Shown here one piece after another: positions 45,744 to 55,492 of a stretch of DNA of 64,000 nt; the first letter of the stretch is position 1, and every line of letters begins with the position of its first letter. Location of the stretch: IMG/VR virus record IMGVR_UViG_3300049298_000033, positions 1 to 64,000 of that record; one strand, given 5' to 3'. Source of the stretch: a virus. Taxonomy: Duplodnaviria > Caudoviricetes. A program made the position numbers and the translations under genes. The notes beneath the pieces were generated by a model that was given only the letters and a program-made list of their open reading frames with translations, was not told the origin of the DNA and did not search any database.

Positions 45744-46456
45744 TGGCTCTCAAAGGTCGGCCGAGAGTTGCGCGAGTCAGTGTCCAGTGCACTGGCTGTG
45801 GGGCCGAACTGATCCGTCGCAAGACTGACATGGCGCGAAACAGGACCGGCCGAGTCTTCTGCTCTAAGGCCTGCCGTGACCAAGTAGGCTGTAAGCCCAG
45901 GTCCGGGAAGCTAGTGCCGTGCAAGGAGTGCGGCTCCGACTTCTACCAACCTCCGGGCATTGAGCGCACATACTGTTCGAAGTTCTGCCACGACGCAGGA
46001 CAGCGGGTCGACCTCATCGAGATCACCTGCGGATCCTGCGGCAACACCTTCATGAGTCAAAGGTCGAGAAACCGAAGGTTCTGTAACCGGCAGTGCTATG
46101 AAGCAGGGCGAATTCGGACAGCGGTCGGACGCGAGCACAACGGGAGACCTGTACGCCAGAATGCCCAGGGCTACCTCCTCGTGTACGAACCCAATCATCC
46201 GAATGCGTACAGGGATGGATGGGTCCTGGAGCATCGGCTCGTCGCAGAGAAAGTCCTTGGCAGACGCTTGGAATCCTCCGAAGAAGTCCACCATAAGAAC
46301 CGCGACAAGACCGATAACCGTCCAGAGAACCTGGTCGTCCTATCTGGCGAGGACCACGGCCAAATCACTGCTCTCGACAACTGGCGCGATCTCAAGCAGA
46401 TGAAAGATCGTCTTGCCCGGTATCGCGAGTTGTACGGCGAACTACCAGAGGAATGA
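45743..46456 (+). CDS. Free-standing HNH homing endonuclease with three Cys repeats
   Basis: 3x CxxCG..(F/Y)C(S/N)xxC; GY..EHRLV.E..LGR.L...E.VHHKN.DKTDNRPENL. Confidence 0.9.
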   Translation: MALKGRPRVARVSVQCTGCGAELIRRKTDMARNRTGRVFCSKACRDQVGCKPRSGKLVPCKECGSDFYQPPGIERTYCSKFCHDAGQRVDLIEITCGSCGNTFMSQRSRNRRFCNRQCYEAGRIRTAVGREHNGRPVRQNAQGYLLVYEPNHPNAYRDGWVLEHRLVAEKVLGRRLESSEEVHHKNRDKTDNRPENLVVLSGEDHGQITALDNWRDLKQMKDRLARYRELYGELPEE

Positions 46457-46457
46457 C

Positions 46458-46673
46458 ATGGGGTACCTGAACTCAGGCCGCGGCGAAGCCCGCGAGGTTA
46501 AGCAGGCCGCTACCGTAACGGCGCTCACTGGCACGGCCGGCACCGCTGACGGCGCCGTCGCCGATGTCGGCGCTTCCTTCAACCAGGGGACCCTCAACGA
46601 CAACTTCAAGGAGTTGTCGACGAAGGTCAACGCCATCATCACGGCGCTGAAGAACGCCGGTCTGATGGCGTGA
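46458..46673 (+). CDS. Head fibre/decoration-like protein
   Basis: KQAA.V..L..KVNAIITALKNAGLMA. Confidence 0.7.
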   Translation: MGYLNSGRGEAREVKQAATVTALTGTAGTADGAVADVGASFNQGTLNDNFKELSTKVNAIITALKNAGLMA

Positions 46674-47098
46674 CATTGCTGATCACTTCGGGAGGTGCGC
46701 GCTGCCCGCTGTGTGGCCAGTCCGGCCATGCGTGCGGGCCGCGCACCTCCCACACACCAGTGGACTGGCCACCAGAGGAGGCTGCCGTGGCAGGAGAACT
46801 CAAGGTCTACGACGTGGAGATCCACGGTACGAAGACGCAGATGAAGCTAACGGCTGAGCATGCGAAGCGGATGGGCGGCACCTCTGTGACGTCAGCTCCG
46901 CAGCTCGCTGCGCAAGATGCCGACGACCCCACGGAAGGCGAGAAGTCCACCAGGACGCAGGACGCCGAAGAGGCCGATGCGGTCGGCTCGCAGGAGCCCG
47001 AGGAGGCTTCCGAGGCCGGGCAGAAGGCGGCACCTGCCCGGTCGAAGGCACGGACGGCCCGGAACAAGGCGCGGACCGCGTCCAACAAGGACGGGTGA
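46670..47098 (+). CDS. Hypothetical head-region protein
   Basis: YDVEI.G..T.MKL; alternative start at 46787 with GAGGAGG. Confidence 0.6.
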   Translation: MTLLITSGGARCPLCGQSGHACGPRTSHTPVDWPPEEAAVAGELKVYDVEIHGTKTQMKLTAEHAKRMGGTSVTSAPQLAAQDADDPTEGEKSTRTQDAEEADAVGSQEPEEASEAGQKAAPARSKARTARNKARTASNKDG

Positions 47099-47101
47099 TT
47101 C

Positions 47102-47617
47102 GTGGCCCCGCTGGCGGACCTCAACGACTGGGGTAATTACGCCACTGGCGATCCGCCTTCCAACGCGGAGGCACTGTTGGACGCCGCGTCTGGTCTGGTA
47201 CGCACGTACTGCGGGTGGTCGATCAGCGAAGAGATCGTTGACGGGGCTGTCTTTGATAGTGACGGATCGAAGCTGCTTCTGCTGCCGACGTTGCATCTCA
47301 CCGTCGTGACTCAGGTGCTTGTCGATGGTACGGAAGTCACCGACTTCACCTGGTCTCAGATGGGCGCACTCGCGCGCGAAGGCTGCTGGCCGGCCGGGTT
47401 CCGGAGAATCACCGTCAGCTTCACGCATGGGTGGAATCCGGTGCAGGCGGAGGTGAAAGCAATGGTGGTCGGCTTGGTGTCCCGAGTCTCCACCACGCCG
47501 GCCAACTTGGAACAAAAGACGGTCGGTGCCGTCACTTATCGGTACACCGAAGCCGGTGCGTCGATGGTTCTCGGCTCGGCCGAGCAGCGTGTCTTGGACA
47601 GGTATCGGCTGCCGTGA
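47102..47617 (+). CDS. Head-to-tail adaptor
   Basis: LLDAAS..VR.YCGW..V.FTHG..LDRYRL. Confidence 0.85.
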   Translation: MAPLADLNDWGNYATGDPPSNAEALLDAASGLVRTYCGWSISEEIVDGAVFDSDGSKLLLLPTLHLTVVTQVLVDGTEVTDFTWSQMGALAREGCWPAGFRRITVSFTHGWNPVQAEVKAMVVGLVSRVSTTPANLEQKTVGAVTYRYTEAGASMVLGSAEQRVLDRYRLP

Positions 47618-47937
47618 GTCTGGGATCTCATACCATCATTCGGATCCGGCTGCCCGAGAGGGACAAGAACGGCGATCCGAAGCCCGGCACCGGCAGCGAG
47701 ATCAACATCGAGGGCTGCTCTGTCCAACCTCGGCAGTCCACTGAGGCGACCGACCTGCGTAACACAGTCACGACCGGCCTCATCGTCTTCGCTCCTGGCC
47801 GACCGGACATCCTCCCGGTTGATCGGATCCGCTGGGACGGCGTCACGTATGCCGTCGATGGCGAGCCGGCGTTCTGGGAAGACCTCGAAGCCGCCGAGGA
47901 TCACGCTGAGATCACGCTACGGCGAGTGGAGGGCTGA
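47614..47937 (+). CDS. Head-to-tail stopper
   Basis: GCSVQP..DRI..Y.VDGEP..W..L.RVEG. Confidence 0.8.
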   Translation: MSLGSHTIIRIRLPERDKNGDPKPGTGSEINIEGCSVQPRQSTEATDLRNTVTTGLIVFAPGRPDILPVDRIRWDGVTYAVDGEPAFWEDLEAAEDHAEITLRRVEG

Positions 47938-47938
47938 C

Positions 47939-48238
47939 ATGGCCAAACGTGTCACCTACAAGCCGGACTTCAAAGGGGTCGGGCAGCTCCTTCGCTCGTC
48001 GGACGTGCAACATGTTTGTGTTGCGGCAGCCGAACGCGGTAAGACCTACGCCGAGTCGATATCTCCGGTGCGTACCGGGGAGTACCGCAGATCGTTCCTC
48101 GTCGTACCGGTGATGGCCAAGGACCGTTCCGGCGCCAAACTCATCAACACTTCTGGTCACGCCACTGCGGTGGAGTGGATTCTCGGTTTCCGTGTCCTTG
48201 GTAGGACCGTCGACTACATCGAAAAGAACGGCCCGTGA
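47939..48238 (+). CDS. HK97 gp10-like neck protein
   Basis: SPVRTGEYRRS..HA.AVEW; synteny. Confidence 0.7.
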   Translation: MAKRVTYKPDFKGVGQLLRSSDVQHVCVAAAERGKTYAESISPVRTGEYRRSFLVVPVMAKDRSGAKLINTSGHATAVEWILGFRVLGRTVDYIEKNGP

Positions 48239-48636
48239 GCGACCCGGCCTCGTTCGTTGACGTCGAAGCCGCACTCGAAGAGATCCTTGCTGATCTCGTG
48301 GCGGCCGACCACGTTGTCACCTGGACTGGCACGAACCTGCAGGAGCTTCTCGCGGACGGTCCGCTCATCAAGGTGACCCGCCTCGGCGGTGACGCGTCCC
48401 GGCATACCGCGGTCCCGCGCGTCGACATTGGTGTGTACGCCACCACTATGGCTGACGCCAAACCACTGGCTGATCGTGTCCTCGACCGGTTGGTTTTCCG
48501 TCCGCACGTGACATCCGCTGGCGTTATCGACCGCACTGAGGTTGAGGTACTGCCGCATGAGGTGCCGTATGACGACGCCGGCATCCGGCTCGTGACCGCG
48601 ACGTACCGCATCTCGACGCGCCGCCGCGTGGCCTGA
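48235..48636 (+). CDS. Tail terminator
   Basis: F.DVE..V.RLGG..VDI..YA; synteny. Confidence 0.75.
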   Translation: MSDPASFVDVEAALEEILADLVAADHVVTWTGTNLQELLADGPLIKVTRLGGDASRHTAVPRVDIGVYATTMADAKPLADRVLDRLVFRPHVTSAGVIDRTEVEVLPHEVPYDDAGIRLVTATYRISTRRRVA

Positions 48637-48709
48637 ATAGCACCGCCCGCCCTTCGCCCCGCTCGCGGGGCTCTCCATTTCCGAGTCCCGATTCCGAAGG
48701 GGTACCCGC

Positions 48710-49369
48710 ATGACCGGGATGACCTTTGATGAGATGCAGGCCCACAATGCCGCGCTCATCATGAAGACGCTGGAAGTTGCGGTGTTCACCGCCGATTACT
48801 CCGCAGACGCGATCACCACGCTCACTGACATCGACAAGGGACTGAAGCCCCTCCCGGCAGGGTGGGGCGACCTCGGCTGGCTGTCCGACGATGGCGCGCA
48901 GTTCAGTCGTGACGTTGACCAGAGCGACATCACGGCGGCGGGCTCGGTCGAGCCGGTCCGATCCGACATCACCAGTGACGTCACCACCCTTCAGGTGACG
49001 TGCCTGGAGACGAACCTGCGATCGATCGGCCTGTACACGGGCGCGGACATGTCCACCGTCACCCCTGACCCGACCACCGGCGAGGTCGGCATCGCCAAGC
49101 CCACCCGACCGGCGATCAAGTACTACCGGGTGCTGGGCGTCGGCTCCGACCTCACCGATGCCGGTGAGTACTACGTCGGCAGGTTCTTGCCCCGCTCGAA
49201 GGTCGACGACTTCGACGATCAGAACTACCAGAGCTCCGATGACACCCCGAACGTGTGGCCGGTCACCCTGAAGGGCTTCACCGACCCCGTACTCGGATAC
49301 TCGGAGAAGTACTTCTGGGGCGGGCCCGGGTGGTACGCCAAGCTCGCCGACATGGGATTCAGCGTCTGA
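48710..49369 (+). CDS. Major tail protein
   Basis: LP.GW.DLGW.SDDG..EPVRSD..LET. Confidence 0.85.
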   Translation: MTGMTFDEMQAHNAALIMKTLEVAVFTADYSADAITTLTDIDKGLKPLPAGWGDLGWLSDDGAQFSRDVDQSDITAAGSVEPVRSDITSDVTTLQVTCLETNLRSIGLYTGADMSTVTPDPTTGEVGIAKPTRPAIKYYRVLGVGSDLTDAGEYYVGRFLPRSKVDDFDDQNYQSSDDTPNVWPVTLKGFTDPVLGYSEKYFWGGPGWYAKLADMGFSV

Positions 49370-49698
49370 TGGCCCGCACACACATTGCTTCGGTTCCGTT
49401 CTCCCGGGCCGGTGTCACGGATCCGGTCGATGCTGCGGCGGACGCCACGAACGGCAACGTCATCACCAATACCGGCAAGACCGCCATCAGGGTCGTCAAC
49501 GCCGACGGAACGAACCCGCACACCGTCACGTTCGTGACCCCGGGCACGGTCGACGGCCAGCCCGTCGAGGACCGCGACGAGGTCATTCCGGCCGGAGAGA
49601 CGCAGTGGTTCGGGCGCTTCCAGTCCTCCATCTATGGCTCGTCGATGGGCATCAACGTCGACTCGACGGAGATCAAGCTGACCGTCTTCGAGCCCTGA
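49369..49698 (+). CDS. Tail-associated protein
   Basis: TGATG coupling to major tail gene; beta-rich. Confidence 0.65.
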   Translation: MARTHIASVPFSRAGVTDPVDAAADATNGNVITNTGKTAIRVVNADGTNPHTVTFVTPGTVDGQPVEDRDEVIPAGETQWFGRFQSSIYGSSMGINVDSTEIKLTVFEP

Positions 49699-49701
49699 TA
49701 C

Positions 49702-49758
49702 GTCACGGCGGCCGGTAACCCGGGCGGGCGGCCGGCCGCCGTGACCCTAACGCCCGCC
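49702..49758 (+). other. Hairpin with H-type pseudoknot potential
   Basis: 14-bp stem 49702-15/49732-45; loop GGCGGGCG pairs with CGCCCGCC at 49751-58. Confidence 0.55.
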
Positions 49759-49785
49759 GACTCAATCACCCACGGAGGTATCGGC

Positions 49786-49995
49786 ATGGCCGACGACCAG
49801 TCCGCCCCGGTGTACGTCAGCCCGGACGGATCCAGCGAGATGCGCGTGACGTCCCCGGCGACGCGCATCAACCTCGAACACCGCGGCTGGAAACCGAAGG
49901 GCGACGTGCCGCTTGCGACTACCAGCCCGCAGCCCATGGGCCAGACCGACGACACCCCGAAGTCCAAGCAGCGCCGTCAGGCCGCCGACGAGTAG
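49786..49995 (+). CDS. Small hypothetical protein
   Basis: GGAGG RBS; YVSPDG..NL..RGW. Confidence 0.6.
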   Translation: MADDQSAPVYVSPDGSSEMRVTSPATRINLEHRGWKPKGDVPLATTSPQPMGQTDDTPKSKQRRQAADE

Positions 49996-50013
49996 AGCAG
50001 GAGGCGCCCGCCC

Positions 50014-50379
50014 ATGAGCAACACCCGCAGCACCCCCAAGCCGAAGGTCCCGAACCGGTCCGAGACGTTCGACCTCGACATCCTGGAGAAGGACGGCGAG
50101 GCCCCAAAGCCACTGCCTGTCCGGCTCGGCGGCGAAGAGTTCGTGTTCAACGACCTCGATGAGGCCGACTACTGGGCCGAACTCGCTGAGGCGCCAGCCG
50201 AAGAGGACGTTGAGACGCAGCTGCGCATCATGCTTGGCGAGGAGCAGTACGAGCGCTTCCGGGCCAAGCCACTCAAAGGCTGGAAGCTCAACGCACTGAT
50301 GAAGCGCCTCGACGACCACTTTGGGTTCACCAAGCGTATGGGCAGCCAGGGGGAAGGCAACGGCTCGTCTACCTCTTGA
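50014..50379 (+). CDS. Tail assembly chaperone (G)
   Basis: FDLD.L..LG.EQYE.F; upstream of tape measure. Confidence 0.85.
   Translation: MSNTRSTPKPKVPNRSETFDLDILEKDGEAPKPLPVRLGGEEFVFNDLDEADYWAELAEAPAEEDVETQLRIMLGEEQYERFRAKPLKGWKLNALMKRLDDHFGFTKRMGSQGEGNGSSTS
50349..50355 (+). other. Programmed -1 frameshift site GGGGGAA
   Basis: CAG GGG GAA near the end of G; the -1 frame is open into the 50376-50816 ORF. Confidence 0.8.
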
Positions 50380-50816
50380 GGAGGTATGGCGGGCACATTG
50401 AAGCCGACCTGGCCGACCGAGGATGGGATCTGGCCGAGCTGTACCGCGGGCTCCGCTGGCGGTTCATCCTCAATCAGATCGACCATCTGGGGCGCACCAG
50501 CCACTTCATCGCGGCCGTCGCTGACGATGACGAGCTGGCCGAGCAACAGGCCGCCGGGAATGCCCCGGCCGGAGCGCCTGTCGTGCCACTGACGGAGTAC
50601 TCCCCTGAGGCCGAACGGCTCTCGGCGCTGATCGACGTCATGCGTGAGCTGCTCTCCCTGGAGATCGGCAAGGCGACCCGCAAGAAACCGAAGCGCGTCC
50701 AGCCCTACCCGCGCCCTGTGACGGCGGCTCAACGCGTCAGCCGTCGGCGCAAGTACGAGAAGTTCCTTGATCTGAAGCATCGTCTTCTCGGAGACCGTGC
50801 GAACAGAGGGAGGTGA
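50376..50816 (+). CDS. Tail assembly chaperone, frameshift extension (T)
   Basis: -1 frame relative to G; IEADL..WDL..PYPRP. Confidence 0.8.
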   Translation: MRRYGGHIEADLADRGWDLAELYRGLRWRFILNQIDHLGRTSHFIAAVADDDELAEQQAAGNAPAGAPVVPLTEYSPEAERLSALIDVMRELLSLEIGKATRKKPKRVQPYPRPVTAAQRVSRRRKYEKFLDLKHRLLGDRANRGR

Positions 50817-53800
50817 CGATGACCGAGTACGTGGCCGGTAGCGCAGCAGTCATCGTCACTCCCGCCCTCCCGGGCTTCCACAAGATCATCGCCAAGGAGC
50901 TTGCTGGGATTGGCCCGCTCGCCGAGAAGTCAGGCGAGGACGCCGGCCAGCGGACCGGCACCGGCTACACCGGCGCGCTCCAGAAGGTCATCGGCGGCGG
51001 CAAGAAGGTCGCCGGCGTCATCGACAAGGCCATGACTGCTGCAGGTGTGGCCGGTGCGGCGGCGCTCGGCGCGGCGTTCAGCGACGCCCTTTCGATTGAC
51101 AGTGCCCGCGGGAAGCTCACCGCCCAGCTCGGCTTGACGGCCAAGGAGTCCGGCCGGGTCGGGAAGGTCGCCGGCCAGCTGTACGCCAGCAACTACGGCG
51201 ACTCGATGCAGGACGTCCAGGGCGCGATCACTCAGGTGATCCGCAACATGGACGGCCTGCGCGGTGCCAGCGCGTCGGCGCTAAAGGACACGACCGCGCG
51301 GGCGATCACGCTCAGCCAGGTTATGGACGCCGACGTCGGCGACGTAACCCGGTCCGTGTCGCAGCTCATGCGGACCGGCCTGGCCAAGAACTCCATGCGG
51401 GCATTCGATCTGATCACCCGCGGCGCCCAACTCGGCGGCGACAAGGCTGGCGACCTCCTCGACACGCTGAACGAGTACCCCACCCAGTTCCGCAAGCTCG
51501 GCCTGTCAGGCGCGGCGGCGATGGGCCTCATCGTCCAGGGGCTGAAGGCCGGCGCGCGCGACTCCGACATTGTCGCGGATGCCCTGAAGGAATTCAGCAT
51601 CCGGGCCGTCGACGGCTCCACCACCACAGCGCAGGGCTTCAAGCTGCTCGGCCTGTCCGGCAAGAAGATGTCTGAGCAGATCGGCAAGGGCGGCAAGTCC
51701 GCATCTACTGGCCTCCAGGTCGTCCTTGACCGGCTCCGCGGGATCAAGGACCCGGTCAAGCAGTCTCAGGCCGCCGTCGCTCTGTTCGGTACGCAAGCCG
51801 AGGATCTCGGCAAAGCCCTCTACGCCCTCGACCCGTCCACGGCGACGAAGAAGCTCGGCGCGCTCGGTGGTGCGACCGACAAGGCCGGCGACGCCATGTC
51901 GAACACGGCCGAGGCGAAGTTCACCACCTTCAAGCGCGGCCTGCAGACCAACGTCGTGCAGGCGATCGTCAGCGACGTCATCCCGGCGGTGACCAAACTC
52001 GGCGGCGCATTGGACAGCGTTCACATTTCCCCGGACACCGTCGTTAAGGCGGGCCTGGCGGCCGGTGGCGCGGTGGTCGGCTGGAAGGCACTCTCAGCCT
52101 CTATCACCGGGGTCAAGAAGACCATCGTCGGTGTGAAGGCCGTCGGCTCCGGCGCGGGCAAGGCCGTCACGCTGGCCAAGAACGTGCCGGGCGGCTGGGA
52201 GACGCTGCGCCTAAAGGCCCTGTATGCGGGCGACTCGGTGAAGGGTGCCGGGTCGAAGATCAAGACGGCTGCTGCGGCGGCCGGTCGCGGCGTTGCCGCA
52301 GTGGGAAAGTTCGCCGGATCGCTGGCCGCAGCCGGCGGTAAGGCGGCACTGTCCGGCCTCACGACAGCCGGTCGCGCGATCGGCGGCGTTGCGGCGTCTG
52401 CATGGCGTGGCGTGACCGCTCTCGGCGCTCTAGCGGCGTCGTATGCCCGTGCGGCGGCCACGGCGGCCTTGAGCGCCGTCCGCACGGTCGCGATGACGGT
52501 CGCGACGAACGCGGTCCGGGTCGCGTCCCTAGTGTGGACCGGCGTGCAGTGGCTGCTGAATGCGGCGCTGAACGCCAACCCGATCGGCCTGATCGTCATT
52601 GCGATCACCGCGCTGGTCGCCGCGGTTGTCTACGCCTACACCCACTTCTCCTGGTTCCGGGCGGGAGTGCAGGCGGCTTGGGCGGGGATCCAGGCGGCCG
52701 GCCTCGCAGCCTGGAACTACGGCATCAAGCCGATCTTCGAAATCATCAAGTTCTACATCACCCAGATCGTGATCCCGTACTACAAGCTGCTGTGGACGAT
52801 TGCCAAAGCCGTCTGGTCGGGGGTCGCCGCCGCGGCGCAGTGGGCGTGGAACACGGTGATCCGGCCGGTCTGGTCGGCGATCAAGGCATTTATCACCGGC
52901 GTGCTTGTGCCCGGATTTCGGTTCCTGCTGTCCGGCGGACGGGCCGCGTTCAACGCCCTGTCGAGCGTGGTGAAGGCCGTCTGGTCCGGCGGTATCCGGC
53001 CCGCGTTCGAGGCGCTCAAGAACGGAGTCGGTGCGGTCAAGAGTGCCTTCTCGGCAGCGGTCTCCGGGATCTCTAAGCTTTGGAAGGGCCTGGAGTCTGC
53101 CACGAAGAAGCCGGTCCAGTTCGTCGTCAACACGGTGTACATGCAGGGCATTCGCCCAGCGTGGAAGGCCATCGCCGACCTCGTCCATCTGCCGCAGCTT
53201 CCTTCGGTGAAGTTCTCCCGCGGCGGCGTGAACGACGTTCTGCCGGGCTACACCCCGGGTCGTGACCCGCACCAGTTCGTCAGTCCTACCGGCGGCCGGG
53301 TCGCCATGTCCGGCGGCGAGGCGATCATGCGCCCGGAGTGGACGCGCGCCGTCGGCCCGGGCTTCGTGCACGCCGCCAACCGCATTGCCCGCAAGCGCGG
53401 CGTCTCCGGAGTCAGGGACTTCCTCGCTAACGGAGACATGAAGTTCGACCGCGGCGGCATCCTGCCCGGTGGCGGTCCGGTGCAGAAGTTCGGTCTTGGC
53501 GGCATCTTCGACGCTGTCAAGCACGCCGGGAGCCTCGTCGTGCACGGCGCCTCGTCGCTGCTCGACGCAGGCGCCTCCGCGTTTGCCAAGCACCTGCTGA
53601 ACCCGATCCTCGGGAAGATCCCCGGCGGCGACTCGATGTTCGCGAGGGCGATCTACTCGCTGCCGAAGCGGATGATCGGGGGATTCCTCGACTTCCTGAA
53701 GAACTCGATCGACCCGAAGCTCGGCGGCGACGGTCACGGCGTGGTGGCCGCGGCGAAGAAATATGTCGGGCGCGGGGACGATAGAGGGCCGAACAACAAC

Positions 53801-54547
53801 ATCTTCAGTCGCCGCTGGGGTGTCGCAGGTCAGCCCTGGTGCGCCTACTTCATCGACCAGGCGGTCAGCGACGCGCACGCCGGTAAGTACTACCGCGGCT
53901 TCCCAACCGGCTTGGCTGCCGGCTTCAATGCGATGCGCCACGTCGGCGTCGGCTCCGGCCGCGCTGGTGACCTGGCGGTCTACGGCAGCCCCGGAGATCA
54001 CATCAACCTGATCGAGAAGCCGCAGTCCGGGGCCTATCTCACCATCGGCGGCAACCAGAACCGGTATGTGCAGCGGCGGGTCCGCGGCGGCCAGAACCAC
54101 ATCCTGCGGCCGTCGTTCGCCAGTGGCGGCATCGTCAGCCGCATGGGCCGCGAGGCGCACCGTATGTTCGCGATCGAGGCCCCTAACAACGCCGACTCCC
54201 ACGAACTGCAGACGCCGCTGGTACGGCTCATGCGGTCCCTGCCGGCCGGGCAGATGGCGGGTGTCATGCGTGCGATCGCCCGGCAGAACCTCAGCGTCAC
54301 CAATGCCGGCGTCTATGACTCGGGCGGCGTCGTCACACCGGGCCTGAACCTGATTGCGAATGCGAGCCGGAAGCCGGAGGCGCTTCTCAGCAACGCCCAG
54401 TGGTCGGCGATCACGAAGGCGGCGGGCAGCGACGGTGCGACGTATGAGACGACCTACCACCTGTACCAGCGCGACATGACCATCCGGGACTTGGAGGTCC
54501 TCGAACGTCAGCAGGAGGCGCGTCGGCGCGTGGGGAGGGCGCGGTAG
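50813..54547 (+). CDS. Tape measure protein with C-terminal CHAP-like domain
   Basis: DLLDTLNEY..DALKEF; Trp-periodic repeats; PWCAYF..GDL..HI..TIGGNQ. Confidence 0.93.
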   Translation: MTMTEYVAGSAAVIVTPALPGFHKIIAKELAGIGPLAEKSGEDAGQRTGTGYTGALQKVIGGGKKVAGVIDKAMTAAGVAGAAALGAAFSDALSIDSARGKLTAQLGLTAKESGRVGKVAGQLYASNYGDSMQDVQGAITQVIRNMDGLRGASASALKDTTARAITLSQVMDADVGDVTRSVSQLMRTGLAKNSMRAFDLITRGAQLGGDKAGDLLDTLNEYPTQFRKLGLSGAAAMGLIVQGLKAGARDSDIVADALKEFSIRAVDGSTTTAQGFKLLGLSGKKMSEQIGKGGKSASTGLQVVLDRLRGIKDPVKQSQAAVALFGTQAEDLGKALYALDPSTATKKLGALGGATDKAGDAMSNTAEAKFTTFKRGLQTNVVQAIVSDVIPAVTKLGGALDSVHISPDTVVKAGLAAGGAVVGWKALSASITGVKKTIVGVKAVGSGAGKAVTLAKNVPGGWETLRLKALYAGDSVKGAGSKIKTAAAAAGRGVAAVGKFAGSLAAAGGKAALSGLTTAGRAIGGVAASAWRGVTALGALAASYARAAATAALSAVRTVAMTVATNAVRVASLVWTGVQWLLNAALNANPIGLIVIAITALVAAVVYAYTHFSWFRAGVQAAWAGIQAAGLAAWNYGIKPIFEIIKFYITQIVIPYYKLLWTIAKAVWSGVAAAAQWAWNTVIRPVWSAIKAFITGVLVPGFRFLLSGGRAAFNALSSVVKAVWSGGIRPAFEALKNGVGAVKSAFSAAVSGISKLWKGLESATKKPVQFVVNTVYMQGIRPAWKAIADLVHLPQLPSVKFSRGGVNDVLPGYTPGRDPHQFVSPTGGRVAMSGGEAIMRPEWTRAVGPGFVHAANRIARKRGVSGVRDFLANGDMKFDRGGILPGGGPVQKFGLGGIFDAVKHAGSLVVHGASSLLDAGASAFAKHLLNPILGKIPGGDSMFARAIYSLPKRMIGGFLDFLKNSIDPKLGGDGHGVVAAAKKYVGRGDDRGPNNNIFSRRWGVAGQPWCAYFIDQAVSDAHAGKYYRGFPTGLAAGFNAMRHVGVGSGRAGDLAVYGSPGDHINLIEKPQSGAYLTIGGNQNRYVQRRVRGGQNHILRPSFASGGIVSRMGREAHRMFAIEAPNNADSHELQTPLVRLMRSLPAGQMAGVMRAIARQNLSVTNAGVYDSGGVVTPGLNLIANASRKPEALLSNAQWSAITKAAGSDGATYETTYHLYQRDMTIRDLEVLERQQEARRRVGRAR

Positions 54548-55492
54548 ATGCCGGTTCTCGTCAGGCCGCCGGGTGGGCAGACACCGCAGGTTCTGCCGGA
54601 TGTCGGGTTCGCGGTTGCGACCTGGTATGCCCCGGATGGCAGCGTGTGGCCGCTAATGGCCCCGGACGCCGGATGGTTCACCCAGTCCGAGGGGATCTCG
54701 GGGCTCGGCTCGGCCGCGATCACCATCACGAGCGATTCGCGCGCACGCGGCGGCGCGCGGGTCCGGCACATCCAGCCGGAGACCCGTTCGATCACCTGGC
54801 CGCTGTACGTGTACGGCGAGACACACATGGAGTTCATCGAGCGCTGGCACGCCCTGGAGGACGCGTTCACGTCGACGTCTGAGCAGGGCCCCGGCCAGTT
54901 GGAGATTGCCCGCCCGGATGGCTCCGCGCGCGTCGTGGACGCCTACTACGAGGCCGGTTTCGACCCGTCGGTGAAGCAGGGCTACTACATCACCAGCGAC
55001 TATTGCGTGCTGTCGCTGTTCTGTGAGGACCCGTACTGGCGGGGCCGGCAGCCACAGACCGTGCATCGTGAGTTCGCGACCGGCGTCGACTTCCTGTCAC
55101 CCTATCCGTCCGTGTCATCCTCCCAGGTGCTCGGCGACACGACGCTATTCAACCCGGGCCAGGTCGAGGCATGGCCGAGCTGGGTCATGACCGGCCCATC
55201 CAGCTTGCTCACGGCGACGCTCGTTGACACCGGAGAGTCGTTCTCGCTCGATCCGAACGCCACGGACATTGCCCACGGGAACCTCGCCGCTGGGGAGCAG
55301 GTCACCGTCGAGACGGATCCGCCGCGAGTGCGATTCCAGGACGGCTCGAATTGGGTCGCGGCGCTGAACTGGCCAGGCGCCGTCCTGTGGTCGTTGCCGC
55401 GCGGCGTGTCTCAGGTGACGTTCGACCTTGAGGGTGCGGCTGCAGGCAGCGCTGTCGACCTGTCGTTCTATCCTCGATACAAGTCGGCCTGA
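54548..55492 (+). CDS. Distal tail protein
   Basis: R.I.WPL..DPYW..N.G..AWP..GP; follows tape measure. Confidence 0.8.
   Translation: MPVLVRPPGGQTPQVLPDVGFAVATWYAPDGSVWPLMAPDAGWFTQSEGISGLGSAAITITSDSRARGGARVRHIQPETRSITWPLYVYGETHMEFIERWHALEDAFTSTSEQGPGQLEIARPDGSARVVDAYYEAGFDPSVKQGYYITSDYCVLSLFCEDPYWRGRQPQTVHREFATGVDFLSPYPSVSSSQVLGDTTLFNPGQVEAWPSWVMTGPSSLLTATLVDTGESFSLDPNATDIAHGNLAAGEQVTVETDPPRVRFQDGSNWVAALNWPGAVLWSLPRGVSQVTFDLEGAAAGSAVDLSFYPRYKSA

Noticed and set aside
50349-50816. Tail chaperone frameshift as a novelty
   Set aside because: Well-established feature of long-tailed phages; listed as a feature only
52529-54460. Long antisense ORFs (also 43850-45883, 10955-12499, 32217-33572, 62531-63889)
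   Set aside because: Shadow frames of high-GC genes with no motifs; the opposite strand carries clear genes
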